64,000 nt of DNA from Candidatus Marinacidobacterales bacterium (GTDB taxonomy: Bacteria > Acidobacteriota > Vicinamibacteria > Marinacidobacterales > SMYC01), in NCBI GenBank assembly GCA_965262245.1, contig OZ253507.1, forward strand, positions 8,796,911 to 8,860,910, in the 5' to 3' direction. The translations under genes were made by a program, and so were the position numbers. The notes beneath the pieces were generated by a model. It saw only the letters and a program-made list of their open reading frames with translations. It searched no databases and was not told the DNA's origin. Position 1 is the stretch's first letter, and every line of letters begins with the position of its first letter. This document shows, one piece after another, positions 1-10,448 of the stretch.

Positions 1-1
1 T

Positions 2-355
2 GACGCCGTCTACGAGGAGGTGGGAACATCTCAGACAATCAAGGGGGTCGATTCAATCATCGAGCAATTGAAAGGGTGGAAAGGAGCGATGCCCGACGTC
101 AAGGGTACCGTGGACAATTTAGAACTCACGGAAAAAGGAGTCCTCCTCGAAGTGACATGGACGGGTACCAACACGGGTCCCTTAGTCGGACCGCACACGG
201 TTTCAAAATATGGTCCCGAAGGCTTTCCGGCTACCGGAAAGGTCCAGACTACGCGTGCAGCCTGGGTACTGGAATTCGATGGACCAAAGCTCAGTCGGAG
301 CCGCCACTACTTCGACATGCTCTCATTCATGAAACAGCTTGGTGTGATCGAGTAG
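2..355 (+). CDS. SnoaL-like ester cyclase / NTF2-fold protein, 5' end off the window
   Basis: ORF open to the left edge; translation matches the SnoaL-like polyketide-cyclase family pattern (..WTGTNTG..VGPHTV.. GKV ..EFDG.K..RHYFDMLSFMKQLG). Confidence 0.55.
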   Translation, partial: DAVYEEVGTSQTIKGVDSIIEQLKGWKGAMPDVKGTVDNLELTEKGVLLEVTWTGTNTGPLVGPHTVSKYGPEGFPATGKVQTTRAAWVLEFDGPKLSRSRHYFDMLSFMKQLGVIE

Positions 356-816
356 CACGTTCCGGGTTCGCATCGGTCCGATAGATTTGCCGACCTGCTT
401 GCTGCGCCCGTGCAACATGCTTCCCTCTGTAATCCCCGAAAATTCCGGTGCTCCGGGGTTTAGCCTTTATCCCTAACCGGACAGAAACGAGAATTTTGTT
501 CACGTTTTGGAGCAAGAAAATCTCACCGCAGAGGCGCAGAGTGCGCGGAGAAGAAAAGGGCTGTCTCGATCTCTGGCTGGGTTCGGACTTTCCCGGATCC
601 TCCTCTGCGCTCTCGGCGTCTCTGCGGTTCAAAAACTTTCAGGTTTACCTGGCTAGCCTTAGCCTTAGTCGTTTCCCCACGTTCTTGTGCCACGCGACCT
701 GTAAACACCGCGCGATCCGGCGACTGTAAAACACAGCTGCAGCCGATAGAGTTATCAACTCGTCAACTGCGGGTCGCAGCGTCGCTGACCGAGCTGTCAC
801 GGGTCTTGCTCGAGCT

Positions 817-1272
817 TCACGCTGCGCGTCGGTAGTCGCCTTGAACGCCGCCGAGGACTGGAAGTCGAATGACACTTCCGTTGCTCGGAGAATGCTGCGC
901 GAATTCTAGATCCGAACATGGATCTGGGATCCCGCACAACCCTTGATGCGGTCGAGCTCCATGAAAAAATCGGATGTACTCCGAAACCACACGATGAACG
1001 TGGGCTTCACCGAAGAAGACAAAATGATTGAGCGCTTCCTCGCGTAGAGTCCGGTTGAAGCGTTCGATATGCGGCATCTCCTGCGGACAGCCTGGCGTGA
1101 TGGGAATGCCCCGGATGCCTATGGTTTCCTTCAGCCAATAATCAAGGTGTGAGCGATAGCCAAGGTGCGACCGGCGGTCTTTACCAAACTGGCCGTAGAT
1201 CCCGTCGTTGTCGTGAATCAAGATCCTTGGCTGCACGCCGAAGGCTGTGGCCTCTCGAATTTGCTGCTTCAC
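817..1272 (-). pseudogene. C-terminal fragment of an rve (DDE integrase-core) transposase
   Basis: IERFNRTLREE and HGARPHQGL motifs typical of the rve integrase core; the N-terminal two thirds are missing. Confidence 0.7.
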
Positions 1273-1383
1273 CCATGCGAGTGTGGGACGATGATCTTAC
1301 GCGTTGAAATCTCCATAATGATGAAGATATAGACTACGGAGAATAAGGCAGTGTGCTGGACCAGGAAATCGCAGGACCAGATC

Positions 1384-2307
1384 TCATCTTTGTGGTTCTT
1401 CATGAGGGTCCTCCGTCTGGAGCACGTAGGCGTGACGAGACTTTGGAAGGTACGAGCGAAGATTTCGGAGTTTATGGATCTGGCACCTTTGGATGACCGC
1501 GAGATCCCCCAAAACGTCGACGAGCGCCTTGCGGATACCTTTGCCTCCGTCCACTACACAGAGAATCGACTCATCGACGCGCAAACCCCGCTCGAGAAGG
1601 TCCTGCAACATCGCGGTGCACACGCGAGAGTTTTCCGTCGAACCCAGCCATATGCCCAGGGGCACCTTCGTCCCATCTATTGTGATACCGAGAGTTACGA
1701 CGACGGTCTGTCCGGCCACCTCAAGGCCATCCATCATCAGTGCCGCAAGCTCAAACGACTCCAGCCGCCGAGACAGGTATTCCTCGAGCTTCTGCGTCGT
1801 CTGGCTCACGAGGTGACGGCTGGCGGCACTCTTGCTCGTGCCACGAGACTTCAACTTGGCCGCGGGTTTGTCCAGACTCGATTCGTAATTTCGGGTCGAT
1901 ACCCCCACCAAGATCTGATTCAACACTCGCTCTGGAAGCGGGTCTTCTTCGCGGAAGGCTTCGAAGTGTGGAAGCGACGCCTCCTCGCCCGACTTCGAAC
2001 GAACTCGAGGTCGCGACACTTGGATTCGACGACCACTGAAGCTCAGCTCTCCGTTCGTGCTCCCCCAGTGGTTATGAGTTCGCCCCTTCTCGTGCTTGCC
2101 CTTGGGCCCGGCGATCTCCTCGGCGTCCTCTTTCAGGAGTAGGTGCAGAGCTGTCAGTCCTTGCTCGTACACCCATTCCGTCAAGTCCGCCTTCGTGGCC
2201 GCGATCCCCGCTATCATCGGTAGCAGTATCTGACCGACTTGGCCGACTACCTCGCCCGTAGGCGATTGCGTTTGCTTTCTTACTGGCTTCTTTGATTTCC
2301 TTGGCAT
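1384..2307 (-). pseudogene. IS256-family (mutator-type) transposase, C-terminally truncated (~307 of ~400 aa)
   Basis: MMDGLEVAGQTVVVTLGITIDGTKVPLGIWLGSTENSRVCTAMLQDLLERGLR and CQIHKLRNL are IS256-family signatures; the ORF ends prematurely next to the rve fragment. Confidence 0.75.
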
Positions 2308-2379
2308 GGTGGCTCCTTGTCCCCCTCTGGAGACGGTTGTTTGGCACGACCTATTCTTAGGCCGGCCAAGGAGCCGCCG

Positions 2380-3840
2380 CTACCCAAAATTCAACATCCG
2401 GCGGGACATCCCCTCGAAACGACTCTCCATCCTCAGACTGGTGATCTCGGTTCCCCAGGTCCGCCCCAGCAGCCAGCGCGGTGCGGTGATCGCTGCTTGC
2501 AACTCCTGGCCGTAGAGCACGTGACGAGTGAACACTACCGCTTGCGTCTGAGGCTGGCCGTCACCACCCATAGTGCCGAACACCAGGGTACGCCCGTCGT
2601 TCAGCAGCGCGAGTGGAGGTTGAATGGTGTGAAACGGCCGGCGGCGCGGTTTGAGCTCATTCAGCGAGTGCTTGTCCAGCGCAAAACTGCAGCCGCGGTT
2701 CTGCCAGGTGATGCCGGTATCCGGCAACACCACCCCCGAACCGAACTCCCAGTAGAGGCTTTGGATCATGCTGACCGCCCGACCAGTGGCATCGATTGCG
2801 CCCAGCCAAACCGTATCGCCCGCCGTCGCGGGATGGGGCCAGGGTGCCGCTCGCTCGCGATCGATGTCGGCCGCCATGGCATCGAGTGCCTGCTCGGTGA
2901 GGAATTCGGCCGGGTCCCGAGGCATGTAATCCGGATCCGTGACCTGCGCATCCCGCACCCGGATTGCCTGTTTGGTGGCCTCGACCAGACCGTGTACGAA
3001 ATCAAAGCTCTCCACCTTGCTGACACCTAACCGATCGAACACCCCCAACAGGATCAGCGACGCCAGTCCCTGGGTGGGGGGTGGCAGATTGAAAATCCGG
3101 CCGCAGTCGAGCGCCAAACAAAGCGGCACGACGTCGAGGCAACGGTAGCGTTTGAGGTCTTCGTGCCCGAGCGGGCTGGCGGCTGCCTGCAAGCCGGCCC
3201 CGATGCGGCGAGCCAGCTCGCCGCGGTAGAAATCATCGAGACCGTTGCGCACCAGCAGTTTCAGGGTTTCCGCAAGTGCGAGGTTCCTGAACAGCTCACC
3301 GGCAACCGGGATCCGTCCGCTCGGCATGTACAGGTCGTGGAACCCGACCGTATCCGCCATCTGATTGTGCCTTGCTGCGGTGTGACTGCTTTGACTGGCC
3401 GATACGGCAAAACCGTGTTCCGCGTAGAACACGGCATCTTCGAGCAGGCGGGCAAGTGGCAGACGGCCACCCCAGGTCCTGCCGACTTCGAAGGCGCGCT
3501 GCCAGCCGGAAACCGCGCCCGCTACCGTGAGGGCGGCACGGGGACCACGCGCCGGTATCGCCGCATCGCCGTGGTCGAGATAGTAGCGGGTGTCGGCGGC
3601 ATCGGCAGCGCCTCCGCAGGCATCGATACCAGCCGGCTCACTGCCGGGGGTGTGGAACAGCCAGAAGTTGTCACCGCCCAGACCGTTCATGTGCGGGTAC
3701 ACGACGGCGATAGTACTGCATGCTGCCAGCATTGCCTCGATGGCATTGCCACCTTCGGCAAGCACGCGTTGCCCCGCGCGCGCGGCGAGGTAGTGCGGCG
3801 CCGTTACCATACCCTGGTAGGCACGTCGGGTCTGCAGCAT
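2380..3840 (-). CDS. ggt: gamma-glutamyltransferase family protein (Ntn hydrolase)
   Basis: 486-aa ORF with a GGT-family layout; GDTVWLGAIDATGRAVSMIQSLYWEFGSGVVLPDTGITWQNRG nucleophile-region motif. Confidence 0.7.
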   Translation of the reverse strand: MLQTRRAYQGMVTAPHYLAARAGQRVLAEGGNAIEAMLAACSTIAVVYPHMNGLGGDNFWLFHTPGSEPAGIDACGGAADAADTRYYLDHGDAAIPARGPRAALTVAGAVSGWQRAFEVGRTWGGRLPLARLLEDAVFYAEHGFAVSASQSSHTAARHNQMADTVGFHDLYMPSGRIPVAGELFRNLALAETLKLLVRNGLDDFYRGELARRIGAGLQAAASPLGHEDLKRYRCLDVVPLCLALDCGRIFNLPPPTQGLASLILLGVFDRLGVSKVESFDFVHGLVEATKQAIRVRDAQVTDPDYMPRDPAEFLTEQALDAMAADIDRERAAPWPHPATAGDTVWLGAIDATGRAVSMIQSLYWEFGSGVVLPDTGITWQNRGCSFALDKHSLNELKPRRRPFHTIQPPLALLNDGRTLVFGTMGGDGQPQTQAVVFTRHVLYGQELQAAITAPRWLLGRTWGTEITSLRMESRFEGMSRRMLNFG

Positions 3841-3986
3841 TGAGGCCGTTTTCGAATACTAAGCGGACGATTCCGCTCCTGCAAGTGTGAATGCGCCGTG
3901 GCCGCCGACGCAAGCCGTCTCACTCACGCGACACGTGATTCATACGCGACGCATCCGCCGCCGTGTGAAAGGCAATGATGAGGTAG

Positions 3987-4262
3987 GATAGTTTTCTCCA
4001 ACCACGCCCCTCAGGGTCACGGATGCGGAGATCGGCATCGCCGACGATCAGCTGGAGTCGCTGTTCGATGAATTCACCCAGGCCAACAGCTCGACATCGC
4101 GACGCTACGGCGGCACCGGCTTGGAGCTTGCGATCAGTCGCCGTTTCTGTCGCTGATGGGCGGCGATATCACGGTCGAGAGCAACCCCAACAAAGGCACG
4201 ACGTTTGTCATGCAACTGCCGACCAACCCGGCCGCTCCACAGTCCGACGCGAGGGGCGGATA
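3987..4262 (+). pseudogene. histidine-kinase HATPase_c remnant, 5'-truncated, one frameshift
   Basis: Translation ..[45 protein letters not shown] / [23 protein letters not shown] is the G1/G2-box region of a sensor kinase; the frame breaks at a CC homopolymer near 4143. Confidence 0.55.
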
Positions 4263-4369
4263 GGTCCAGAACGTGGACATCGCTACGATGTGCGTCGCTG
4301 TTCCGTGACACGATGCGCCTGGTAACGTCGCTGGACAGTATCGCACGGATTGTGGTGTGATCGTTTGCT

Positions 4370-5475
4370 ATGGATGACATGCCGAGCAGTCGGACACCCG
4401 CCCTTTTCGACGCGCTGGACCCGCTACCAAGACTGCTGATGGGTCCGGGTCCGGTCGACGTCTATCCGCCGGTATTGCATGCCATGGCAACACCCATGCT
4501 GGGTCAGTTCGATCCACAGTTTACCGCCTACATGGACGAGGTCATGGTGTTGTACCGGCAGGTGTTTCGTACCGACAATCAGTGGACGCTGCTGGTCGAC
4601 GGCACGGCCAGAGCCGGTATCGAAGCCTGTCTGGCATCCCTGATCACGCCGGGGGATACGGTGCTGGTGCCGGTGTTCGGGCGTTTCGGGCACTTGCTGA
4701 TGGAGATCGCGGCGCGCTGTGACGCGCGCGTCGAATCGATCGAAACCGAGTGGGGCAGCGTGTTCGAGCCCGACCAGATCGCCGACGCGGTGCGTCGACA
4801 TCGGCCCAAGGTACTGGCGATGGTTCATGGTGACACCTCGACGACCATGGCGCAGCCGCTCGACGAAATCGGGGCGTATTGTCGTGACGCGGATGTCCTG
4901 GTTTACGTTGACTCCACGGCGACGCTCGGTGGCAATCCGCTGGAAGTCGATGCGTGGCAGCTCGATGCCGTGACCGCCGGATTGCAGAAATGTATGTCAG
5001 GCCCCCGGGTTCTGCGCCAGTCACTTTCAATGAACGCGTGGCGGACGTCGTCAATACGCGTAAACACATCGAACTCGGCATTCGCCCGCAAGGAGCCCGG
5101 GACGCTGCAGGCGGCCGTATACGCTCGAACTATTTCGATCTGCCGATGCTGATGGACTACTGGTCGCCGGCACGCCTGAATCACCACACCGAGGCGACCA
5201 GCATGCTCTACGCAGCGCGCGAGTGCGCCCGCGTAGTATTGGCCGAGGGTCTGGAGCAGGGGTTTCAGAGACACGCCGTTACCGGGCGCGCGTTGCGTGC
5301 CGGGCTCGAGGCTATGGATCTGCAACTATACGGCGACCCGGGTGCGCGGATGGCGAACGTGACCGGCGTAGTGATTCCAGATGGCATCGACGGTGATCGG
5401 CTGCGAACCGAAATGCTGGAGGATTTCGGTATCGAGATCGGCACCTCGTTCGGCCCGTTGCACGGCAAGATCTAG
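4370..5475 (+). CDS. class-V aminotransferase (serine-pyruvate / alanine-glyoxylate / ureidoglycine-glyoxylate, PucG/AGXT-like); split into two ORFs by a 1-bp indel in a C5 run near 5002-5006
   Basis: N-terminal LLMGPGPVDVYPPVL and C-terminal NYFDL..YWS..HHTEATSMLYAAREC follow AGXT-family order. ORFs 4370..5152 and 4954..5475 are the same protein in frames offset by one at ggcccccgggt. Confidence 0.75.
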
Positions 5476-5637
5476 CGGATCGGTACCATGGGTCACGTTT
5501 GTCGCCGAACGAGCGTATTCCGCTGTCTTACTGCACTGGAAGCCGTGCTCCGTCGGCAGAACTATACTTCGAGCCTTGGTGCGGCGGTCGATGCCGCCTA
5601 CGCCGCCTACGAACAGCCGAGCTGAGCCGTCGCGCCC

Positions 5638-7083
5638 ATGTCGAAACCGCCAGATCGTAAACGCCTCGATCATGTAACCGGCGTCATCAACGTGGGTCTC
5701 GATGCGTTCGCCAGTGACCTGGCAGAGCTCGGTGTCGATGTCGTGCACGTGGACTGGGCTCCGCCCGCTGGCGGCGATCCGGAGCTGGCGTCGCTGCTCG
5801 ATCAGCTCGATGACGTGTCGGCGAGCGGCCTGAGTTCGCGCGTCGAGACGGCCAATCGGGAGGCATTGCAGCGCATCCTGGCTGCAGACCCGGTGCTGAT
5901 CGATGTCGTGCCAGCGTCTGAATGCATCGCCGGGCTGGGGCCGCAAATGATCCTGCATGCCGGCCCGCCAATCGACTGGCAGCGTATGTGCGGGCCGATG
6001 CGGGGTGCGGTGGCCGGGATCGCGGTTTTCGAGGGCTGGGCGGAGGATCTGGCCGCGGCGGAACGCATGGCGGCGCGCGGTGCTTTCGACTTTCAGCCCA
6101 ACCATCACTTTGCCGCCGTTGGACCGATGACCGGTCTGACCACGATGTCCCAGCCACTGATGGTAGTAGAGAACAGGGCGTTCGGCAACCGTGCGTATTG
6201 CACGATCAACGAAGGCCTGGGAAAAGTCATGCGCTTCGGTGGCAACGACGCGGATGTCCTCAGCCGGCTCGCGTGGCTGCGTGACGTGCTCGGTCCGGTG
6301 TTGGGCGATGCTTTGCGTGACATGCGGGGCGTCCCACTCAAGAACCTGGTGGCCCGCGGTCTCGGGATGGGTGATGAGATGCACCAGCGAAACGTTGCCT
6401 GCACGGGACTGCTGTTGCGAGCATTGGCGCCCGCGCTGGCGCGGCGTTGTAACGATAGCGAAACGCTCGCGCAAGCTCTGACGTTCATCGCTGGCAACGA
6501 CCAGTTCTTCCTCAATATCGCGATGGTGCTCGGCAAGGCGATGATGGATCCGGTGCGCGGTATCGAAGCGAGCACCGTGGTGACCGCCATGTCCCGCAAC
6601 GGTACCGATTTTGGCATCCGAGTGAGTGGCACCGGCGATGAGTGGTTCATCGCGCCGGTGGAGATGCCGCAGGGCCTGTACTTCCCGGGGTTCAGCGAGG
6701 TTGACGCCAACCCGGACATGGGTGATTCGACGATCGTCGAGACCGTCGGGCTTGGCGGATTTGCGATGGGCGCAGCGCCAGCGGTGGCAGGGTTCGTAGG
6801 GGCCGGACAAGCATCCGAAGCGGCGCTCTTCACACACCGTATGCGTGAGATCACCGTCGGTGGGAACCCCGAGTGGACGATACCCGCGCTTGACTACCTG
6901 GGCGTACCAACCGGCATCGACATTCGCCGCGTCGTCGCGAGGCGCATCGCCCCGACCATCAACACCGGCATTGCGCACCGCGAACCCGGAATAGGGCAGG
7001 TCGGCGCCGGGGTTGTCGAAGCACCGCTCGGCTGCTTTGAGCAGGCGTTGCGTGCCTTCGCGGCCAGCATGGGTATCCGATGA
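5638..7083 (+). CDS. ylbE: DUF1116-family protein (YlbE-like)
   Basis: 481-aa ORF directly upstream of, and overlapping by 4 bp, an FdrA-like gene, as in the E. coli fdrA-ylbE-ylbF-ybcF locus. The assignment rests on recalled family resemblance. Confidence 0.55.
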   Translation: MSKPPDRKRLDHVTGVINVGLDAFASDLAELGVDVVHVDWAPPAGGDPELASLLDQLDDVSASGLSSRVETANREALQRILAADPVLIDVVPASECIAGLGPQMILHAGPPIDWQRMCGPMRGAVAGIAVFEGWAEDLAAAERMAARGAFDFQPNHHFAAVGPMTGLTTMSQPLMVVENRAFGNRAYCTINEGLGKVMRFGGNDADVLSRLAWLRDVLGPVLGDALRDMRGVPLKNLVARGLGMGDEMHQRNVACTGLLLRALAPALARRCNDSETLAQALTFIAGNDQFFLNIAMVLGKAMMDPVRGIEASTVVTAMSRNGTDFGIRVSGTGDEWFIAPVEMPQGLYFPGFSEVDANPDMGDSTIVETVGLGGFAMGAAPAVAGFVGAGQASEAALFTHRMREITVGGNPEWTIPALDYLGVPTGIDIRRVVARRIAPTINTGIAHREPGIGQVGAGVVEAPLGCFEQALRAFAASMGIR

Positions 7084-8588
7084 GCATATCCCTGCACCGA
7101 GTACGGACCGGTTTTTTTCTCGACTCGGTCGCCCTCATGCGCATCTCGCGAGCCGTGGCCGACAGCGACGGTGTCGAGGACGCCGCACTGATGATGGGTT
7201 CGCCAACCAATCAACGACTCATGCTCGATGCGGGACTCCTGAGTGGCGACGGTATCGACGCGAGTGGTGGTGATCTGGTGATAGCGGTTCGCGCGCGCTC
7301 AGGGGCTGCGGCGGAACAGGCGCTCGAAGCTGCCGAGTACGCGCTTGATGCGGATCGCGGTTCGCGCGGCCAGCAGAAGACTGGCGGCTTTCGACCGCGC
7401 GACCTGCGCGGTGCCTCGCAGGTGCTGCCGGTTGCCAACCTGGTGTTGATTTCGGTGCCGGGTTCGTACGCCGCTGCAGAAGCGCGCAAGGCACTCGCAA
7501 GCGGCCGGCATGTGATGATCTTCAGCGACAACGTGGCGCTGGCCGATGAGGTGGCGCTCAAACGCCAGGCGCGGGATCTCGGCTTGCTGGTGATGGGGCC
7601 GGACTGCGGCACCGCCATCATCGATGGCGTGCCGCTGGCGTTCGCGAACCGCGTCTCGAGGGGCGAGATCGGCATCGTCGGTGCATCCGGGACGGGAATG
7701 CAGGAGGTGTCGTCGCTGCTGTCCGAAGCCGGGGGCGGTGTTTCTCATGCACTGGGCGTGGGCGGGCGTGACCTCAGCGAAGCGGTGGGCGGGATTTCGA
7801 CCCTGATGGCCATGGAAGTACTCGAAGCCGACCCCGGCACTCGACATATCGTGCTGATCTCCAAACCGCCTGCCGGTGATGTCGTTGCACGCATTACGGC
7901 AAAGATCGCCGCAAGTGCAAAATCCTACACCGTGTGTTTTGTCGGGGCGGATAGTATTCCGTTGCCTCATAACGCCACCATGGCGCGTACCCTGAAGGCC
8001 GCGGCCGAGCAGGCACTCGGCGGCGTAAGCCTTGCGGGTCCCGAAGCGGTCCGGGTCGAAACGCACCGGACCATTGCGCGCGGTAGCCGTGTGCGAGGAT
8101 TGTTCGCTGGTGGTACGCTCGCCGCCGAAGCTCAAGTGGTGTTTACCGAGGCCGGTGAAGCCGTGGCGTCCAACGCCCCAGTTCCCGGGGCGAGGGAACT
8201 GGCGCGAGCCGACGGTGCACACGTCCTGCTGGATCTGGGCGATGACGAGTACACCCGGGGTCGGCCACATCCCATGATCGATCCCGCCGTGCGCGATGCG
8301 CCGCTCGCCGAGGCGTTCGCCGACGCCGGCGTCGGGGTCATTTTGCTCGACATCGTGATAGGTCAGGGTGCCGCGGAAGATCCCGCGGGCCACCTGGCAA
8401 ACTGTCTGAACGGGCGCGGCGAACAGCTACCCGTTATCGTCTGTTCGGTCACCGGCACGCGTGGCGATCGGCAGGACCGGTCACAGCAGATCGCGACACT
8501 GCGGGAGGCTGGTGTCGTCGTGGCCCCGTCGAACGCGGATGCCGCGGCGCTGGCGCTCGAGTGTCTCGGTAGCCGGCGAGGCGGCTAG
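7080..8588 (+). CDS. fdrA: FdrA-like acyl-CoA synthetase (NDP-forming) with CoA-binding and succinyl-CoA-synthetase-alpha-like domains
   Basis: LVMGPDCGTAIIDGVPLAFANRVSRGEIGIVGASGTGMQEV matches the SCS-alpha/FdrA CoA-ligase motif; 502 aa; translationally coupled to its neighbours. Confidence 0.7.
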   Translation: MSISLHRVRTGFFLDSVALMRISRAVADSDGVEDAALMMGSPTNQRLMLDAGLLSGDGIDASGGDLVIAVRARSGAAAEQALEAAEYALDADRGSRGQQKTGGFRPRDLRGASQVLPVANLVLISVPGSYAAAEARKALASGRHVMIFSDNVALADEVALKRQARDLGLLVMGPDCGTAIIDGVPLAFANRVSRGEIGIVGASGTGMQEVSSLLSEAGGGVSHALGVGGRDLSEAVGGISTLMAMEVLEADPGTRHIVLISKPPAGDVVARITAKIAASAKSYTVCFVGADSIPLPHNATMARTLKAAAEQALGGVSLAGPEAVRVETHRTIARGSRVRGLFAGGTLAAEAQVVFTEAGEAVASNAPVPGARELARADGAHVLLDLGDDEYTRGRPHPMIDPAVRDAPLAEAFADAGVGVILLDIVIGQGAAEDPAGHLANCLNGRGEQLPVIVCSVTGTRGDRQDRSQQIATLREAGVVVAPSNADAAALALECLGSRRGG

Positions 8589-8590
8589 CT

Positions 8591-9523
8591 ATGGTGTTCC
8601 CGATCCCTGATCGTCTGCTGGTCGCGATCGGCGGCAACGCGACTCACCCCGAGGACATCGAAGGGACCTCCAACGAGCAGAAGGCGATAGCGGCTCGTAC
8701 CGCTACTTCGCTGCTGCCGCTGTTGCTGCAGGACAACGAGTTGATCATCACGCACGGCAACGGTCCGGTGGTTGGCAAGATATTCATGCGCCAGGCGCTT
8801 ACGCGCGATCGCATCGCGCCGATGCCGCTCGATATCTGCGTCGCCCACAGCCAGGGCGGTATCGCTTACCTGCTCGTGCAGGCACTGGAGAGCGCGCTGC
8901 GCAGGGCCGGCAATGAGCGCCATGTCGCGTGCCTGCTTACCCGGGTCGAGGTCGACGGCGAGGACCCGGAGTTCGCACAGCCGACCAAACCGATCGGCCC
9001 GTTTTTCAGCGCGGCAGATGCCGCCGCCGTACAGGCCGAACTCGGCTGGTTGATGAAACCGGACGGCGCTCGTGGCTGGCGCCATGTTGTGCCGTCACCC
9101 GAACCGCTGCATATCTGTGACATTTCACTGGTCGAGGAGCTGGCGCAACGGGGTACGGCGGTGATCGCCGGGGGCGGTGGCGGTATTCCGGTCGTGCGCG
9201 CCCCCGATGGCGCGCGATGCGGTGTCGAAGCCGTCATCGACAAGGATCGGACATCAGCGCACATGGCCAATATTCTGGGCATCGAGACGCTGTTGATCCT
9301 CACCGCGGTGGAGCAAGTGTCAGTGGATTTCGGCGGGCCTAACGAGCGCTCGCTCGATACCGTGAGTCTGCAAGAGATCCGCCGCCTGCGTGCCGAACAT
9401 CAGTTTCCACCGGGCAGCATGGGTCCGAAGATCGACGCCGCGATTCACTTCATTGAAGGTGGCGGCGAGCGGGCAGCATTACGCGGCGAAGCCGGCACCC
9501 ATATCGTGCGAGACGATGCTTGA
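8591..9523 (+). CDS. arcC: carbamate kinase
   Basis: LLVAIGGNA ... ITHGNGPVVG amino-acid-kinase / carbamate-kinase motifs; 310 aa. Confidence 0.8.
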   Translation: MVFPIPDRLLVAIGGNATHPEDIEGTSNEQKAIAARTATSLLPLLLQDNELIITHGNGPVVGKIFMRQALTRDRIAPMPLDICVAHSQGGIAYLLVQALESALRRAGNERHVACLLTRVEVDGEDPEFAQPTKPIGPFFSAADAAAVQAELGWLMKPDGARGWRHVVPSPEPLHICDISLVEELAQRGTAVIAGGGGGIPVVRAPDGARCGVEAVIDKDRTSAHMANILGIETLLILTAVEQVSVDFGGPNERSLDTVSLQEIRRLRAEHQFPPGSMGPKIDAAIHFIEGGGERAALRGEAGTHIVRDDA

Positions 9524-10448
9524 TTCTAGCCAGCGTCTGGCGATCAGTGCTATCGAAGTCGGTTGTATTGCGCAGCCGAGTCTGATAGCGGGCACCGAGT
9601 TTCGGGTGGCTTCGGTGTTCACGCGCAGCTGCTACCTGGTGTCAGTGACCGGCGACTGGATCTGCCTGCTGCCCGAGACGGCTACGGCCGACCCGCTGGG
9701 CGTGCGGCTTCGCGTGTCTGGCGGTGTGGACTGGCACGCAAGCGGGGTGGCCGCCGGCATGCATTGCTGGTGCGGCGTATCGGCACTTTATGTCGGCGCG
9801 CGACTGGCGATACACCTCAGTGATGCACCCACCTGGACTCCGTCGGCGCCGCCGCCATGCAACAGGGTGTCGCTGATGCGGGGCTTGACGTGTCTCGATG
9901 CAAGCGCGATGACACGGGATGCCGGCGAGAAGCAGGGGTTGCTGTCGCTCGTCTACCCTGCAGCTGGGTATGCTGGCCGTCTTGCGCACGCCGCGGACCC
10001 GACGGTCCGGGCATTACGCGCGTGGTTGAGGCAGGCGCTGCCGGCGGCGACGGTCATGGCTCCGCCTGCGCTCGACTCGCTGGTCGGACTCGGTCCGGGT
10101 CTCACCCCATCAGGTGACGATTTCATCGGCGGCGTTCTGGCCACGTTGTATCAACTGGGCTACCAGCCGGTTGCCGAGCGGCTCTACGAGACCGCCGCGC
10201 CGCTCGCGGCGCAATCCGGCAATCCGATCAGCGCCGCCTACCTTGCCGCTGCTGCGCGCGGGGCGGCGAATGCTGACATTCATCGAGGATTGCACGCAGT
10301 GCTCAACGGTGACATGGACGAGATTGGCGAAGCGTTGCGGGCGATTGGCGGTATCGGGCACACGTCGGGATTCGATACGTTTGCCGGTGTCATCGTGACG
10401 CTGCGTTGCATAGCCGAATTCGAGTTCGGCGGGTGCCCAACCAGATGA
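9516..10448 (+). CDS. ylbF: DUF2877-family protein (YlbF-like); likely start ATG at ~9516, overlapping the carbamate-kinase stop (ATGCTTGA)
   Basis: 310-aa protein after carbamate kinase in the position YlbF holds in the E. coli locus; 8-bp overlap implies translational coupling. Confidence 0.5.
   Translation: MLDSSQRLAISAIEVGCIAQPSLIAGTEFRVASVFTRSCYLVSVTGDWICLLPETATADPLGVRLRVSGGVDWHASGVAAGMHCWCGVSALYVGARLAIHLSDAPTWTPSAPPPCNRVSLMRGLTCLDASAMTRDAGEKQGLLSLVYPAAGYAGRLAHAADPTVRALRAWLRQALPAATVMAPPALDSLVGLGPGLTPSGDDFIGGVLATLYQLGYQPVAERLYETAAPLAAQSGNPISAAYLAAAARGAANADIHRGLHAVLNGDMDEIGEALRAIGGIGHTSGFDTFAGVIVTLRCIAEFEFGGCPTR

Noticed and set aside
5326-6978. 550-aa minus-strand ORF
   Set aside because: - Antisense to the DUF1116/FdrA genes.
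- Arg/Ala/His/Pro-rich low-complexity translation, typical of spurious reverse-strand ORFs in 65% GC DNA.
- The plus-strand genes have clear family motifs and coupled starts.
7299-8393. 364-aa minus-strand ORF
   Set aside because: Antisense to fdrA; no motif; composition artefact.
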